DNA of 64,000 nucleotides from an uncultured bacterium (GTDB taxonomy: Bacteria; 4484-113): assembly GCA_963749125.1 (NCBI GenBank), contig CAVVLL010000001.1, positions 53,724 through 117,723 on the forward strand, read 5' to 3'. The notes beneath the pieces are model-generated. The model was not told the origin of the DNA and did not search any database. It worked only from the letters and a program-made list of their open reading frames with translations. Position numbers and translations under genes: made by a program. Positions 50,044-58,404 of this stretch are shown here, piece by piece (position 1 is the first letter of the stretch; each line of letters starts with the position of its first letter).

Positions 50044-50832
50044 ATGCCGCTTGCACTAGGTGCGGCGCTCATCGCCATTCTCGCTGCGGCCGCATATGCG
50101 CTTGGCATCATCGCGCTTTCTGGCGCCGTCGCCGGAGCTGCGGTCACATTCACGATACTCGCCTGCGCGGGGCTTCCCGGCTTCATCGTGCTGCTCGCAT
50201 TCTATCCCGTTTCTACATACGCCTCGCATGCGGCTGCGGCGCTAATATGCGCCACGCGCGAGGGAAAGCGGCCGCTTCAGGCATTGCACCCGCGCTCATT
50301 TGAAGGGATACGCCGCGACGGCTCGCAGGTTCTTGCGAATGCAGGAATTCCCGCGCTGCTGGCGGTTGCGCATTCGCTGTCCATTGGCGCGCTGCCGCTG
50401 CAAGTGAACGGCTGGAGCCTTGCCGTAACGTCGTCGCCCTACCTCACTGCGATGACAGCCGCGCTTGCCTTCGCCGCATCCGACACCGCATCGCATGAAA
50501 TAGGACAGGCGCTGGCTGGGCGCACAATTCACCCCCTCACGCGCAAGCTCGTTCCGCCCGGGACGACAGGCGCGATTAGCTTGGGTGGGAGCACCGCCGC
50601 GCTCGCTGTTATCGTTATCATCGTTGGCGTGGCCGGGATTATCGGAGTGCTGGCTGACCCACTGCAAGTCGTCGCAGCGCTTATCGGCGCGGTCGCAGGC
50701 AACATCGCAGACACGCTCATCGGCGCATGCGTGGAAACGCGCTCGCTTAAATGGGGGAATAACGCGACTAACTTCGCGGCAAGCATCATCGCCGCCGCGA
50801 CGGCGCTGTTGTTGGCCTCCCTGCTTTCGTGA
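50044..50832 (+). CDS. Integral membrane protein, DUF92-like
   Basis: 7-8 transmembrane segments. Gly-rich GTTGAISLGGSTAA segment. Confidence 0.45.
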   Translation: MPLALGAALIAILAAAAYALGIIALSGAVAGAAVTFTILACAGLPGFIVLLAFYPVSTYASHAAAALICATREGKRPLQALHPRSFEGIRRDGSQVLANAGIPALLAVAHSLSIGALPLQVNGWSLAVTSSPYLTAMTAALAFAASDTASHEIGQALAGRTIHPLTRKLVPPGTTGAISLGGSTAALAVIVIIVGVAGIIGVLADPLQVVAALIGAVAGNIADTLIGACVETRSLKWGNNATNFAASIIAAATALLLASLLS

Positions 50833-51559
50833 GCATTACGGCTTCCTAGAAGCCGGTGCTCTTCCCTTTGCGCTTGCATTCGGCGCAGAGAATCTGCACG
50901 CCTGAAAGCGACGCGGTGCTGCCGTGTTTCGTTTCGGCGAACCAGCCCCCTTCGGAATAGCTGCCCCTCATTCCCCAAAAGAGCCGCTGGCCGCACCTGC
51001 CTTCATGCCCGTGGCCGTGCTGCAAGCACTCGCACCTGCCTCCTGAACGCTGCCATGCGCCCTGGAGGACGCCTATCTTTAGTGTGCCGGATTCCATCCA
51101 CACCACCTCTCTATGATCTCACTCTAAGTATACCGTGAAACCCGCCATTTAATCGGAAAGGAACATGTATATGAGTACGCCGGGCTCACCAGCCCGGCTC
51201 TGGTTCTGATTCTTGTAGGCGGGACTTCAGTCCCGCCTTGGCTCTGGATAGTGGCACATGCGTCCCGCTTGTGTTGTAAGCTCGCGCTGGCGCAAGCCAG
51301 CTCTACCACAATTCCTATCGCGGAGGTGCGGCATTCTTGCCGCACTACGATTTGAGGATGCGAGGCTAGAAAGCCCCGCCTCCGGCTTCTCTTCTGTCTG
51401 TGGCGCAGCCTTGTGGCTGCGTCCTTAACGCACAAGCGAGACGCATGTGCCACCAAGAAATACCCAGATTTCCATACACGGGCGGGACGCCCGCGCTACT
51501 ATCTCATGCCTCCTCCCAACTCTGAACTCTGGAATCCCATCTACGATCTACCTGTTCTG

Positions 51560-52533
51560 TTCGGAGACAGTTGTAACATCGAGGAGGCACTAGGAGGTGT
51601 TATTCGATGGGACAACGAGGCATATCTGGCAGCACGGATCTGCGTATGGCGGCAGTGCGCGCGATAACAGAGGAAGGAGTTGGGATCGCTCAAGCCGCAA
51701 GCCTGTTTGGCGTTAGCAGGCAGAGCATATGGCGTTGGGTATCCCGCTACCGCGAGGGCGGTGAACCGGGACTGAAGGAGATTTCCCGGCGGCCTGCGAG
51801 CAGCCCAGTGCAGGCGTGCCGCGAGAAGGAAGATGCCGTCTTGAAACTCAGGCAGGACAGGGCCTGGGGCGCTGCGAGAATAGGGTCGAGAGTTGGCCTG
51901 GCGGGAAGCACGGTTCACCGTATCCTGCGCGAGCACGGCATATCGAAGATACAGGTGCCGCGCAAGAAATACCCGCGTTACGAGATGGCCTTTCCCGGCG
52001 AGCTCGTGCACATAGACTCCAAGGAGTTGGTGCCGTTGCGAGCTGGGATGCGGCCTGAGTTCCTTTTCGCCGCGCTGGACGGATACAGCCGCGAAGTGTT
52101 CTTGCAGGTGTTTCCCCGGGCTGATAGCGCCTCCAGTTCCGAATTTCTGGAATGGCTGATAGACACAATTCCCTACAGACTTTGCGGCGTCATGACCGAC
52201 AATGCGTGGGCTTTCACTATGCGGCTAAGCGCCCACCCAGACCGGCGCACGCCTTTCCAAAACCTGCTGGAGCGAAACGGCGTTGAGCACCGCCTGACCA
52301 AGCCTTACCACCCGCGCACCAACGGCAAGGTGGAGCGCTTCTTCGGCACGGTCGGAAGGGAGCTGCTTCGCGTCGTGCGTTTCCACGACAGCGCTCACAG
52401 GAGGGACGAATTAGCCTGCTTTGGCTCCTATTACAACCTTGTCCGGCCCCATTCCGCAATCAACCATCACTCCCCAACCCCCTACCGTATACAATACTTT
52501 CAAGCTAACCCCGATGTAACATATGTCTCCGAA
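51560..52533 (+). mobile_element. IS481-family-like insertion sequence
   Basis: Terminal inverted repeats ttcggagaca (51560-51569) and tgtctccgaa (52524-52533). They enclose a single transposase ORF. Confidence 0.6.
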
Positions 52534-52536
52534 TAG
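51607..52536 (+). CDS. DDE transposase (rve integrase core) with an N-terminal helix-turn-helix (HTH), IS481-like
   Basis: HTH segment GVSRQSIWRWVSRY. DDE/rve core ...DNAWAF... KPYHPRTNGKVERFF. Confidence 0.8.
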   Translation: MGQRGISGSTDLRMAAVRAITEEGVGIAQAASLFGVSRQSIWRWVSRYREGGEPGLKEISRRPASSPVQACREKEDAVLKLRQDRAWGAARIGSRVGLAGSTVHRILREHGISKIQVPRKKYPRYEMAFPGELVHIDSKELVPLRAGMRPEFLFAALDGYSREVFLQVFPRADSASSSEFLEWLIDTIPYRLCGVMTDNAWAFTMRLSAHPDRRTPFQNLLERNGVEHRLTKPYHPRTNGKVERFFGTVGRELLRVVRFHDSAHRRDELACFGSYYNLVRPHSAINHHSPTPYRIQYFQANPDVTYVSE

Positions 52537-52637
52537 TACATCTACCATCTACTGTCTTTTCCCCCTCTTTCGCGGTATACTTTCCCTGTCCGGCATGCGC
52601 ATAACGCGCGCGCATCCGGCACCGGGAGGACGACGCC

Positions 52638-53612
52638 GTGGACGAGACCGAAAAGGGGAAAGCTGCCTCCGAAAAAGCGCCCAAGCGCAGGCATGCGGCG
52701 TGGTGGGTGGAGATACTCATCGCCATCGCGGTCGTGCTCGTCATCGTTGGCATAGCGATACCGGCGTATAACCAGCACAAACTCACGCTTAAGACCGCGC
52801 AGGCAGAACAGAATCTTCGAGAGATAGGGTACGCATTAGGGGAATATTCCTCCAAAGATCAGAACGCCTGGAAGTTTCCTGAGTACCTAATCGGAGGAAG
52901 CGCCCCTTCCACTGGAAGCAAGGACGCATCCGACCCGCTAATCCGCGAAGGTTATCTCGCTTCATATCCTAAGAACCCATTCGCAGCGATGGTGAACGTG
53001 AGCGAGATACAGAAGAAATACAACGACCCACTAAGGCCTGGCGGTGAAGGCTCCAAGTTTGGCTTTCGTTTCGGCGAAGACGGCGCGCTCATGGGAAACG
53101 TGCTGGCTGATGTGCGCTTCTCCGGCAAATACGCCGAATTCGGTTATCCCTTCTATGATTTATGGCCAAAAGACAAGCGCCGTCCAAAGGAATATATCCC
53201 CGGCGCGTTTTTCTATCGCAGTTGTCCGACGCTCGTTTCTACAAGTAATTTGTCAGGAGAACAGCCGAAATCCCAGTTCCGAAGCCCTGAGATGTATGGC
53301 AGCCTATGGTCAAGCGCCGCTTATGCGAAGCGGGCTCCATGGGTGCCTAAAGGCGGCGCCGAGAACTACATACTTGGGCTGTATGGGCCAATTAACAGCC
53401 CAGGAAAAGATATTCTCGGCGAACCTCAAATGATGGTCTATTACTATCCCATACACAAAGATCGGGAGAAGGTAGGCGTGATGGGATATACATACAGTGA
53501 CCCTAATAAGACTTCGCCATTTGGTTCCCAGATTGATCTTGAACCACCTCTCAATCCAAATGGGATTCCCGATTGCATTGTGTTCAATTGGTATGGACCG
53601 ATGGATTCATGA
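52638..53612 (+). CDS. Pilin-like protein: type IV prepilin-like N-terminus plus a globular domain of about 290 aa (paralog 1 of 4)
   Basis: KRRHA|AWWVEILIAIAVVLVIVGIAIPAYN aligns position-for-position with G|FTLIELMIVVAIIGILAAIAIPQY (Glu at +5, Pro at +22, Tyr at +24). Confidence 0.6.
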   Translation: MDETEKGKAASEKAPKRRHAAWWVEILIAIAVVLVIVGIAIPAYNQHKLTLKTAQAEQNLREIGYALGEYSSKDQNAWKFPEYLIGGSAPSTGSKDASDPLIREGYLASYPKNPFAAMVNVSEIQKKYNDPLRPGGEGSKFGFRFGEDGALMGNVLADVRFSGKYAEFGYPFYDLWPKDKRRPKEYIPGAFFYRSCPTLVSTSNLSGEQPKSQFRSPEMYGSLWSSAAYAKRAPWVPKGGAENYILGLYGPINSPGKDILGEPQMMVYYYPIHKDREKVGVMGYTYSDPNKTSPFGSQIDLEPPLNPNGIPDCIVFNWYGPMDS

Positions 53613-53627
53613 TTTCAGGAGAGAACA

Positions 53628-54641
53628 ATGAGCGCTGAGCGCGGGAATCATCTTGTGAGAAAAGGGAACGAGCGCGCGTTATGGCTCGTTGAAATCACGT
53701 TAGCGTTAATCCTCATCGTAATAATCGCGGGAGTTGCAATGCCAAGCTACACCGCGCATAAAAAGGCTAAGCTACACTCCGAGCTCAACAGCGGTTTATA
53801 CGAGATTCAACAAGGGCTTGAACGTTTCGCCGTTGACCACGGCAAGACGTATCCTGACTACCTGATTGGCGGAAGCGCACCAGACTTTTCGGGGGATTTC
53901 GGCAATTCATCCCCGCAGGCGTCGGACGTTTTACTGCGCGAAGGATACTTACAGGAATATCCGCCAAATCCATTCATGGTTACGCAGCAAGTGGAGGAAA
54001 TGCAGGAGGAATTTAGCGACCTTTTCCGCCCTGGGACTGCGCAGTCTATGTATGGCTGCCGCTTCGGAGATGATTATGACTTGATGGGCCAGGTGATGGC
54101 CGATTTTCGCTTCCCCAAGCTGGAAGGGCAGAAGCCGATTACCAAGGATGGGATGACCTATTACGATGATGTCCAATATCCCTGCTTTAATCTTTGGATG
54201 CTGGAGACGAAAAGGTTTTTCCCGGGGGAGTTCTTCTACAAGTCCGCCGGAAGCATCATGTTATCCAAGTTGTATAAGCCCAACCCCAACCAGCCGTTGG
54301 TAGCTGCTAAATCCGAAGTATATGTGCTCGGTGTTTATGGCGGCCCGCGCGACAAGGGCATGGATGTGCTGGGATGGGAGCCGCAAGTCGCATTCCGCAC
54401 CAAAAAGGCAAACTCAGAGCAGCCAGCCGAGTTCAAGCTTCCGCTTTGGACCCGCTCTTCAATGAGGACTTTTGGCGAAGGTAAGTATGTTTATTCAGGA
54501 AGCCCCTTCGGTGAGCCGAGGGAATACATAGATTACGGGTTTAGGCTTATCTCGTTTGACGGGCAGCAAGACGGAGTGATCACGACGATGCAACCAGAGC
54601 CGATCATCACCGCTTTTATCTCCGACGGGACTAAGAAATGA
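53628..54641 (+). CDS. Pilin-like protein, paralog 2 of 4
   Basis: ERA|LWLVEITLALILIVIIAGVAMPSYTAH. Shares YPDYLIGGSAP, REGYL..YP.NPF and PGEFFYKSAG with the other three. Confidence 0.6.
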   Translation: MSAERGNHLVRKGNERALWLVEITLALILIVIIAGVAMPSYTAHKKAKLHSELNSGLYEIQQGLERFAVDHGKTYPDYLIGGSAPDFSGDFGNSSPQASDVLLREGYLQEYPPNPFMVTQQVEEMQEEFSDLFRPGTAQSMYGCRFGDDYDLMGQVMADFRFPKLEGQKPITKDGMTYYDDVQYPCFNLWMLETKRFFPGEFFYKSAGSIMLSKLYKPNPNQPLVAAKSEVYVLGVYGGPRDKGMDVLGWEPQVAFRTKKANSEQPAEFKLPLWTRSSMRTFGEGKYVYSGSPFGEPREYIDYGFRLISFDGQQDGVITTMQPEPIITAFISDGTKK

Positions 54642-55609
54642 CCGACGAGATGAAGAGTGAGGAAGTAAAAGCGCCGAAGCGCAGGCATGCGGCTTGGTGG
54701 GTGGAGATACTCATCGCCATCGCCGTCGTCATCGTCGTCGTTGGCATAGCGATCCCGGCGTATAACGCAAAGAAGACAGAAGCGCGGCGCACAGAAGCCA
54801 AGGCAAAACTACACGAGATACAGCTCGCCATTGAGCACTCCGCGGTGGACACAGGCGGGACATACCCCGATTACCTCATTGGCGGAAGCGCGCCACGCGG
54901 CGACGACCCTAAGCAACCCTTTGCCAATGCATCCGACACGCTTTTACGCAAAGGATATTTAACCGCTTACCCCCGAAACCCATTCGCAGTGCCGCACAGA
55001 GTGGAGGCGATGCAGGAGAAGTACCGCGACCCGTTTAGGCCCGGCACAAGCGAGTCCAAGTATGGCTATCGTTTCGGTGAGGATTACATGCTCATGGGCC
55101 AGGTGCTCGCCGACTTTCGGTTCCCGAAGGCGCTTGTATTCAATGGCAAGAAGCTTACTTCGCACCCAAGCTACGCCGACTTCGGCTACCCATTCTGGGA
55201 TATCTGGCCGAGAAACTCAAAGCCTAGGCCATTCCTCCCGGGCGAGTTCTTCTACAAGTCAGCGGGGAATATCGTCGTGACTAATAAGGAAAGCGTTAAT
55301 CCAGACAGGCCGCTTGTGCCGACTATCGTAGAAATATACATGCTGGGTTTGTATGGTAGTGCGAAAGATACCGGAAAAGATGTCCTCGGAGCTGAGCCGA
55401 CAACGACTTTCCGGACTTATACAGACCAGGCAAAGACACTTGAGGAATTCACTGTTCCTGTGTGGACGCGCTCTACTGACAAGCCTGATAATAATGGTGA
55501 GTTTCTCGGTTCGCCTTACGGCCCTGGTGAGTGGCAATTTGACTACGAAAATCCCAACAAGATTCCAGATGCAATAATCCTCGTTATTGTCCCAGGCGAA
55601 GACACGTAA
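54638..55609 (+). CDS. Pilin-like protein, paralog 3 of 4
   Basis: KRRHA|AWWVEILIAIAVVIVVVGIAIPAYN. Conserved C-terminal domain. Confidence 0.6.
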   Translation: MTDEMKSEEVKAPKRRHAAWWVEILIAIAVVIVVVGIAIPAYNAKKTEARRTEAKAKLHEIQLAIEHSAVDTGGTYPDYLIGGSAPRGDDPKQPFANASDTLLRKGYLTAYPRNPFAVPHRVEAMQEKYRDPFRPGTSESKYGYRFGEDYMLMGQVLADFRFPKALVFNGKKLTSHPSYADFGYPFWDIWPRNSKPRPFLPGEFFYKSAGNIVVTNKESVNPDRPLVPTIVEIYMLGLYGSAKDTGKDVLGAEPTTTFRTYTDQAKTLEEFTVPVWTRSTDKPDNNGEFLGSPYGPGEWQFDYENPNKIPDAIILVIVPGEDT

Positions 55610-55623
55610 GGAGCGCAAGACTA

Positions 55624-56622
55624 ATGGCCGATGAAAATACTGCCTCCAAGAATGCGCCGAAGCGCAGGCGGGCGGCGTGGTGGGTGGAGATACTCATCGC
55701 CATCGCCGTCATCCTCGTCGTCGTTGGAATAGCGTTGCCTTCATATAACATCGACAGGGCCAATGCGCGACGTGGGGAAGCCAAGAAGAATCTTCATGAG
55801 ATTCAACTGGCGGTTGAGCGGTATGCAATGGGAACAGGCGGGATGTATCCTGAGTTCTTGCTTGGCGGCAGCGCCCCACACGATGAAGACCAGAGGAACC
55901 TCCCTGCGCAGGCATCAGACCCGCTTATACGGGAAGGCTATCTAACCGAGTATCCCCGAAATCCTTTCGCCGTGCCGCAGACAGTGAAAGCCATGCAGGA
56001 GAAATACAACGACCCGTTCAGGCCGGGCACTGAGCAATCCAAGTTTGGGATGCGCTTCGGTGAAGATTACACGCTAATGGGCCAGGTCCTCGCTGACTTC
56101 CGTTACCCCAAGTTGCCCGGCCAGAAGATGACGCAATCCAACGGCATCTATTACTACGCAGATACCGAATATCCTTTCTGGGATATTTGGGCTAATCGCT
56201 TTAATCCTAAGTCCTTTCTTCCAGGCGAGTTTTTTTATAAGACATATGGCATGCTTGAATTCGCCAGCGAAAAAGATGTTCCCACAGATCGTCCCATCGC
56301 GCCGAAGATAGCTGAAATCTATTTGTTAGGGTTATATGGCGGTATTAGGGATAGAGGTAAAGATGTTCTGGGGATGGAATATAAGGTTTATTTCCATCCT
56401 AACTTTGAGGGAGCATCAAGATACGATGATTTCACTGCTCAGACTTGGACTCGTTCAACAATGACACTAGACGCAAGAGGAGAATTTCAGGGCAGTGCAT
56501 TCGGCCTCACGATAGGGGCGGACGTAGAACAGCTCGGATACGGTAGTCCTAATGGAATCGCAGATGCGATTATATTAGGGCTTGTCCCCGGCGAAGATAC
56601 AACGCCTTACGCTTATCCTTAA
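55624..56622 (+). CDS. Pilin-like protein, paralog 4 of 4
   Basis: KRRRA|AWWVEILIAIAVILVVVGIALPSYN. Conserved C-terminal domain. Confidence 0.6.
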   Translation: MADENTASKNAPKRRRAAWWVEILIAIAVILVVVGIALPSYNIDRANARRGEAKKNLHEIQLAVERYAMGTGGMYPEFLLGGSAPHDEDQRNLPAQASDPLIREGYLTEYPRNPFAVPQTVKAMQEKYNDPFRPGTEQSKFGMRFGEDYTLMGQVLADFRYPKLPGQKMTQSNGIYYYADTEYPFWDIWANRFNPKSFLPGEFFYKTYGMLEFASEKDVPTDRPIAPKIAEIYLLGLYGGIRDRGKDVLGMEYKVYFHPNFEGASRYDDFTAQTWTRSTMTLDARGEFQGSAFGLTIGADVEQLGYGSPNGIADAIILGLVPGEDTTPYAYP

Positions 56623-56653
56623 TCCAATTGTAGCTCCTTTTAATGAGCTAACA

Positions 56654-56700
56654 GGATTCCAGAGCCGGGCTGGGCAACCCGGCGTACCCATCTGGAATCC
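56654..56700 (+). terminator. Nested stem-loop downstream of the pilin-like array (possible terminator, no clear U-tract)
   Basis: ggattccagag-ccgggctgggcaacccgg-cgtacccat-ctggaatcc. Confidence 0.35.
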
Positions 56701-56805
56701 ATACTACTTACTACATACTCCATACTACATACCTCCCAACTCTCAACCCTTAACTCTCAACTCTCTCCCCGCCCCATTTTGCATTCGCTGCGGTGCGGTG
56801 CGATA

Positions 56806-57507
56806 ATGGCTGCGACCTTGGAGAGGAAAACGCAAACAGCAAAAGCGGCGGCAGCCAAAGTCCTGTTGGACCACAAAGAACTGCGCCTGCCGGATAACAT
56901 CAAGACCGTCCAGGACCTGCTCATCCACGTGCAGGCGGCGGTGCTCACCGGCGACCGCGTGCTCCAGACAATCCTCCTTGACGGCGAGAAGCTGTCTGAG
57001 AAGGGTGAGCGCGACGCGCACACGATGCTGCTTTCCGACTACCGCCAGGTGGAGCTGCAGACGCGCAAGGTGCTTGACCTCGCGGTTGACGGCCTCATCG
57101 ACGCCCAAGACGTCATCCCCGCCATCACCAACGACCTGCGGGAGTTGGTGAAGCTCCTGCGCGTGGGCGACATTGAAGGCGGCATTGAGATGCTCCACGA
57201 GAGCGTCCAGATGATGGACTGGTATATTGAGCTGGTGCATGCGATTGAAGCGGTGTTCCACGCAAACAAGCCCTGGCTGCGGCAAAAATACCCCGAGAAC
57301 GCGGTGAACGGCGAGGAGTTCAAGACCTTCCAGTCAAAGACCGCGCTCATAGACAAGTTCAACGACCTGGAGCAATACCAGGAAGCGCAGGACTACGCCG
57401 GCGTCGCCGACTTGATGGAATACGACATCCTGCCCATGGTTGAAGAATGGCGCGAAGAGCTGCCGGGCATTCTCGCGAAGATGAAGGCCGAGAGCGCCGA
57501 GGCGTAA
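56806..57507 (+). CDS. Hypothetical protein
   Basis: ORF 56779..57507. An internal ATG at 56806 follows a TTGCAT-N17-GATAAT promoter-like element. Confidence 0.45.
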   Translation: MAATLERKTQTAKAAAAKVLLDHKELRLPDNIKTVQDLLIHVQAAVLTGDRVLQTILLDGEKLSEKGERDAHTMLLSDYRQVELQTRKVLDLAVDGLIDAQDVIPAITNDLRELVKLLRVGDIEGGIEMLHESVQMMDWYIELVHAIEAVFHANKPWLRQKYPENAVNGEEFKTFQSKTALIDKFNDLEQYQEAQDYAGVADLMEYDILPMVEEWREELPGILAKMKAESAEA

Positions 57508-57537
57508 CCCCCTGCACCGCTGCTACAATTAACGCTG

Positions 57538-58404
57538 ATGACGAAGCTTCATTTCCTGCTTGACGGCGACGGCGTGCTTTGGCGCGGCGCAGCGCTCGTG
57601 CCGGGCGCGGCACAGTTCCTTGAGTTCCTGCACGCGCAGGGGCACACCTACTGCCTCGTCACCAATAACTCGGCGTTGCGGCGCGAAGACACCGCCAAGC
57701 GCGTCGTGGGCATGGGCCTGCCCTTCAAGCCCGAGGAAATCTTCAACACGAACTACCTCGCCGCCTGCTACCTTAATAAGCACCATGCCGGCGCAAGCGT
57801 GCTCGTCATCGGCAGCGACATGCTCGTCGACGTGCTAAAGTCGCAGGGGCTTCGCCCTTACACAGCGAAAGACCTGCTCCCTGCAGACATCGGCGGCTCA
57901 TTAACCATTAAGCCTTTCATGCGCGAGTCGCTGGCGCTTGAGCCTGACATCGTGCTGGTCGGCCTGGACACCGGCGTTGATTACAACAGCATCGCGCTTG
58001 CGTGCAGGCTATTGCATGACGGCGCGAAGTTCATCGCCACCAACCGCGACTACACCTACCCGCTTGAGCACGGCTATTTGCTGCCGGGAAACGGCGCGTG
58101 GGTTGATCTGCTGGAGAAAGTGACCGGCGTTGCGCCCATTAATCTCGGCAAGCCGGAAACGCATTTGGTGGAGCTTGTCGAGCGCGAGATGGGCGTTGAG
58201 CGCGCGCAGATGGTCATGGTCGGCGACCGATTTGAGACCGACATAGACATGGCGCAGCGTGCAGGCATACGCAGCGTGCTCGTGCTCACCGGGGTGACCA
58301 GCGAGATACCCAAGTGCTGGCCGGAAGACTACCAGCCCACCTTTGTCGTGCGCGACCTGCCAGAGCTTCAAACGCGCTTTGGCCGCTTCTTCAACGGCAG
58401 CTAA
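57538..58404 (+). CDS. HAD-superfamily subfamily IIA hydrolase (NagD-like phosphatase)
   Basis: LLDGDGVLW (motif I DxDG), VTNNS (motif II) and GDRFETD (motif IV). Confidence 0.8.
   Translation: MTKLHFLLDGDGVLWRGAALVPGAAQFLEFLHAQGHTYCLVTNNSALRREDTAKRVVGMGLPFKPEEIFNTNYLAACYLNKHHAGASVLVIGSDMLVDVLKSQGLRPYTAKDLLPADIGGSLTIKPFMRESLALEPDIVLVGLDTGVDYNSIALACRLLHDGAKFIATNRDYTYPLEHGYLLPGNGAWVDLLEKVTGVAPINLGKPETHLVELVEREMGVERAQMVMVGDRFETDIDMAQRAGIRSVLVLTGVTSEIPKCWPEDYQPTFVVRDLPELQTRFGRFFNGS

Noticed and set aside
52638-56622. Calling the four paralogs DUF1559 (Planctomycete H-x9-DG) proteins
   Set aside because: The general architecture is similar, but I could not find an H-x9-DG motif near any C-terminus. 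The family assignment is left open.
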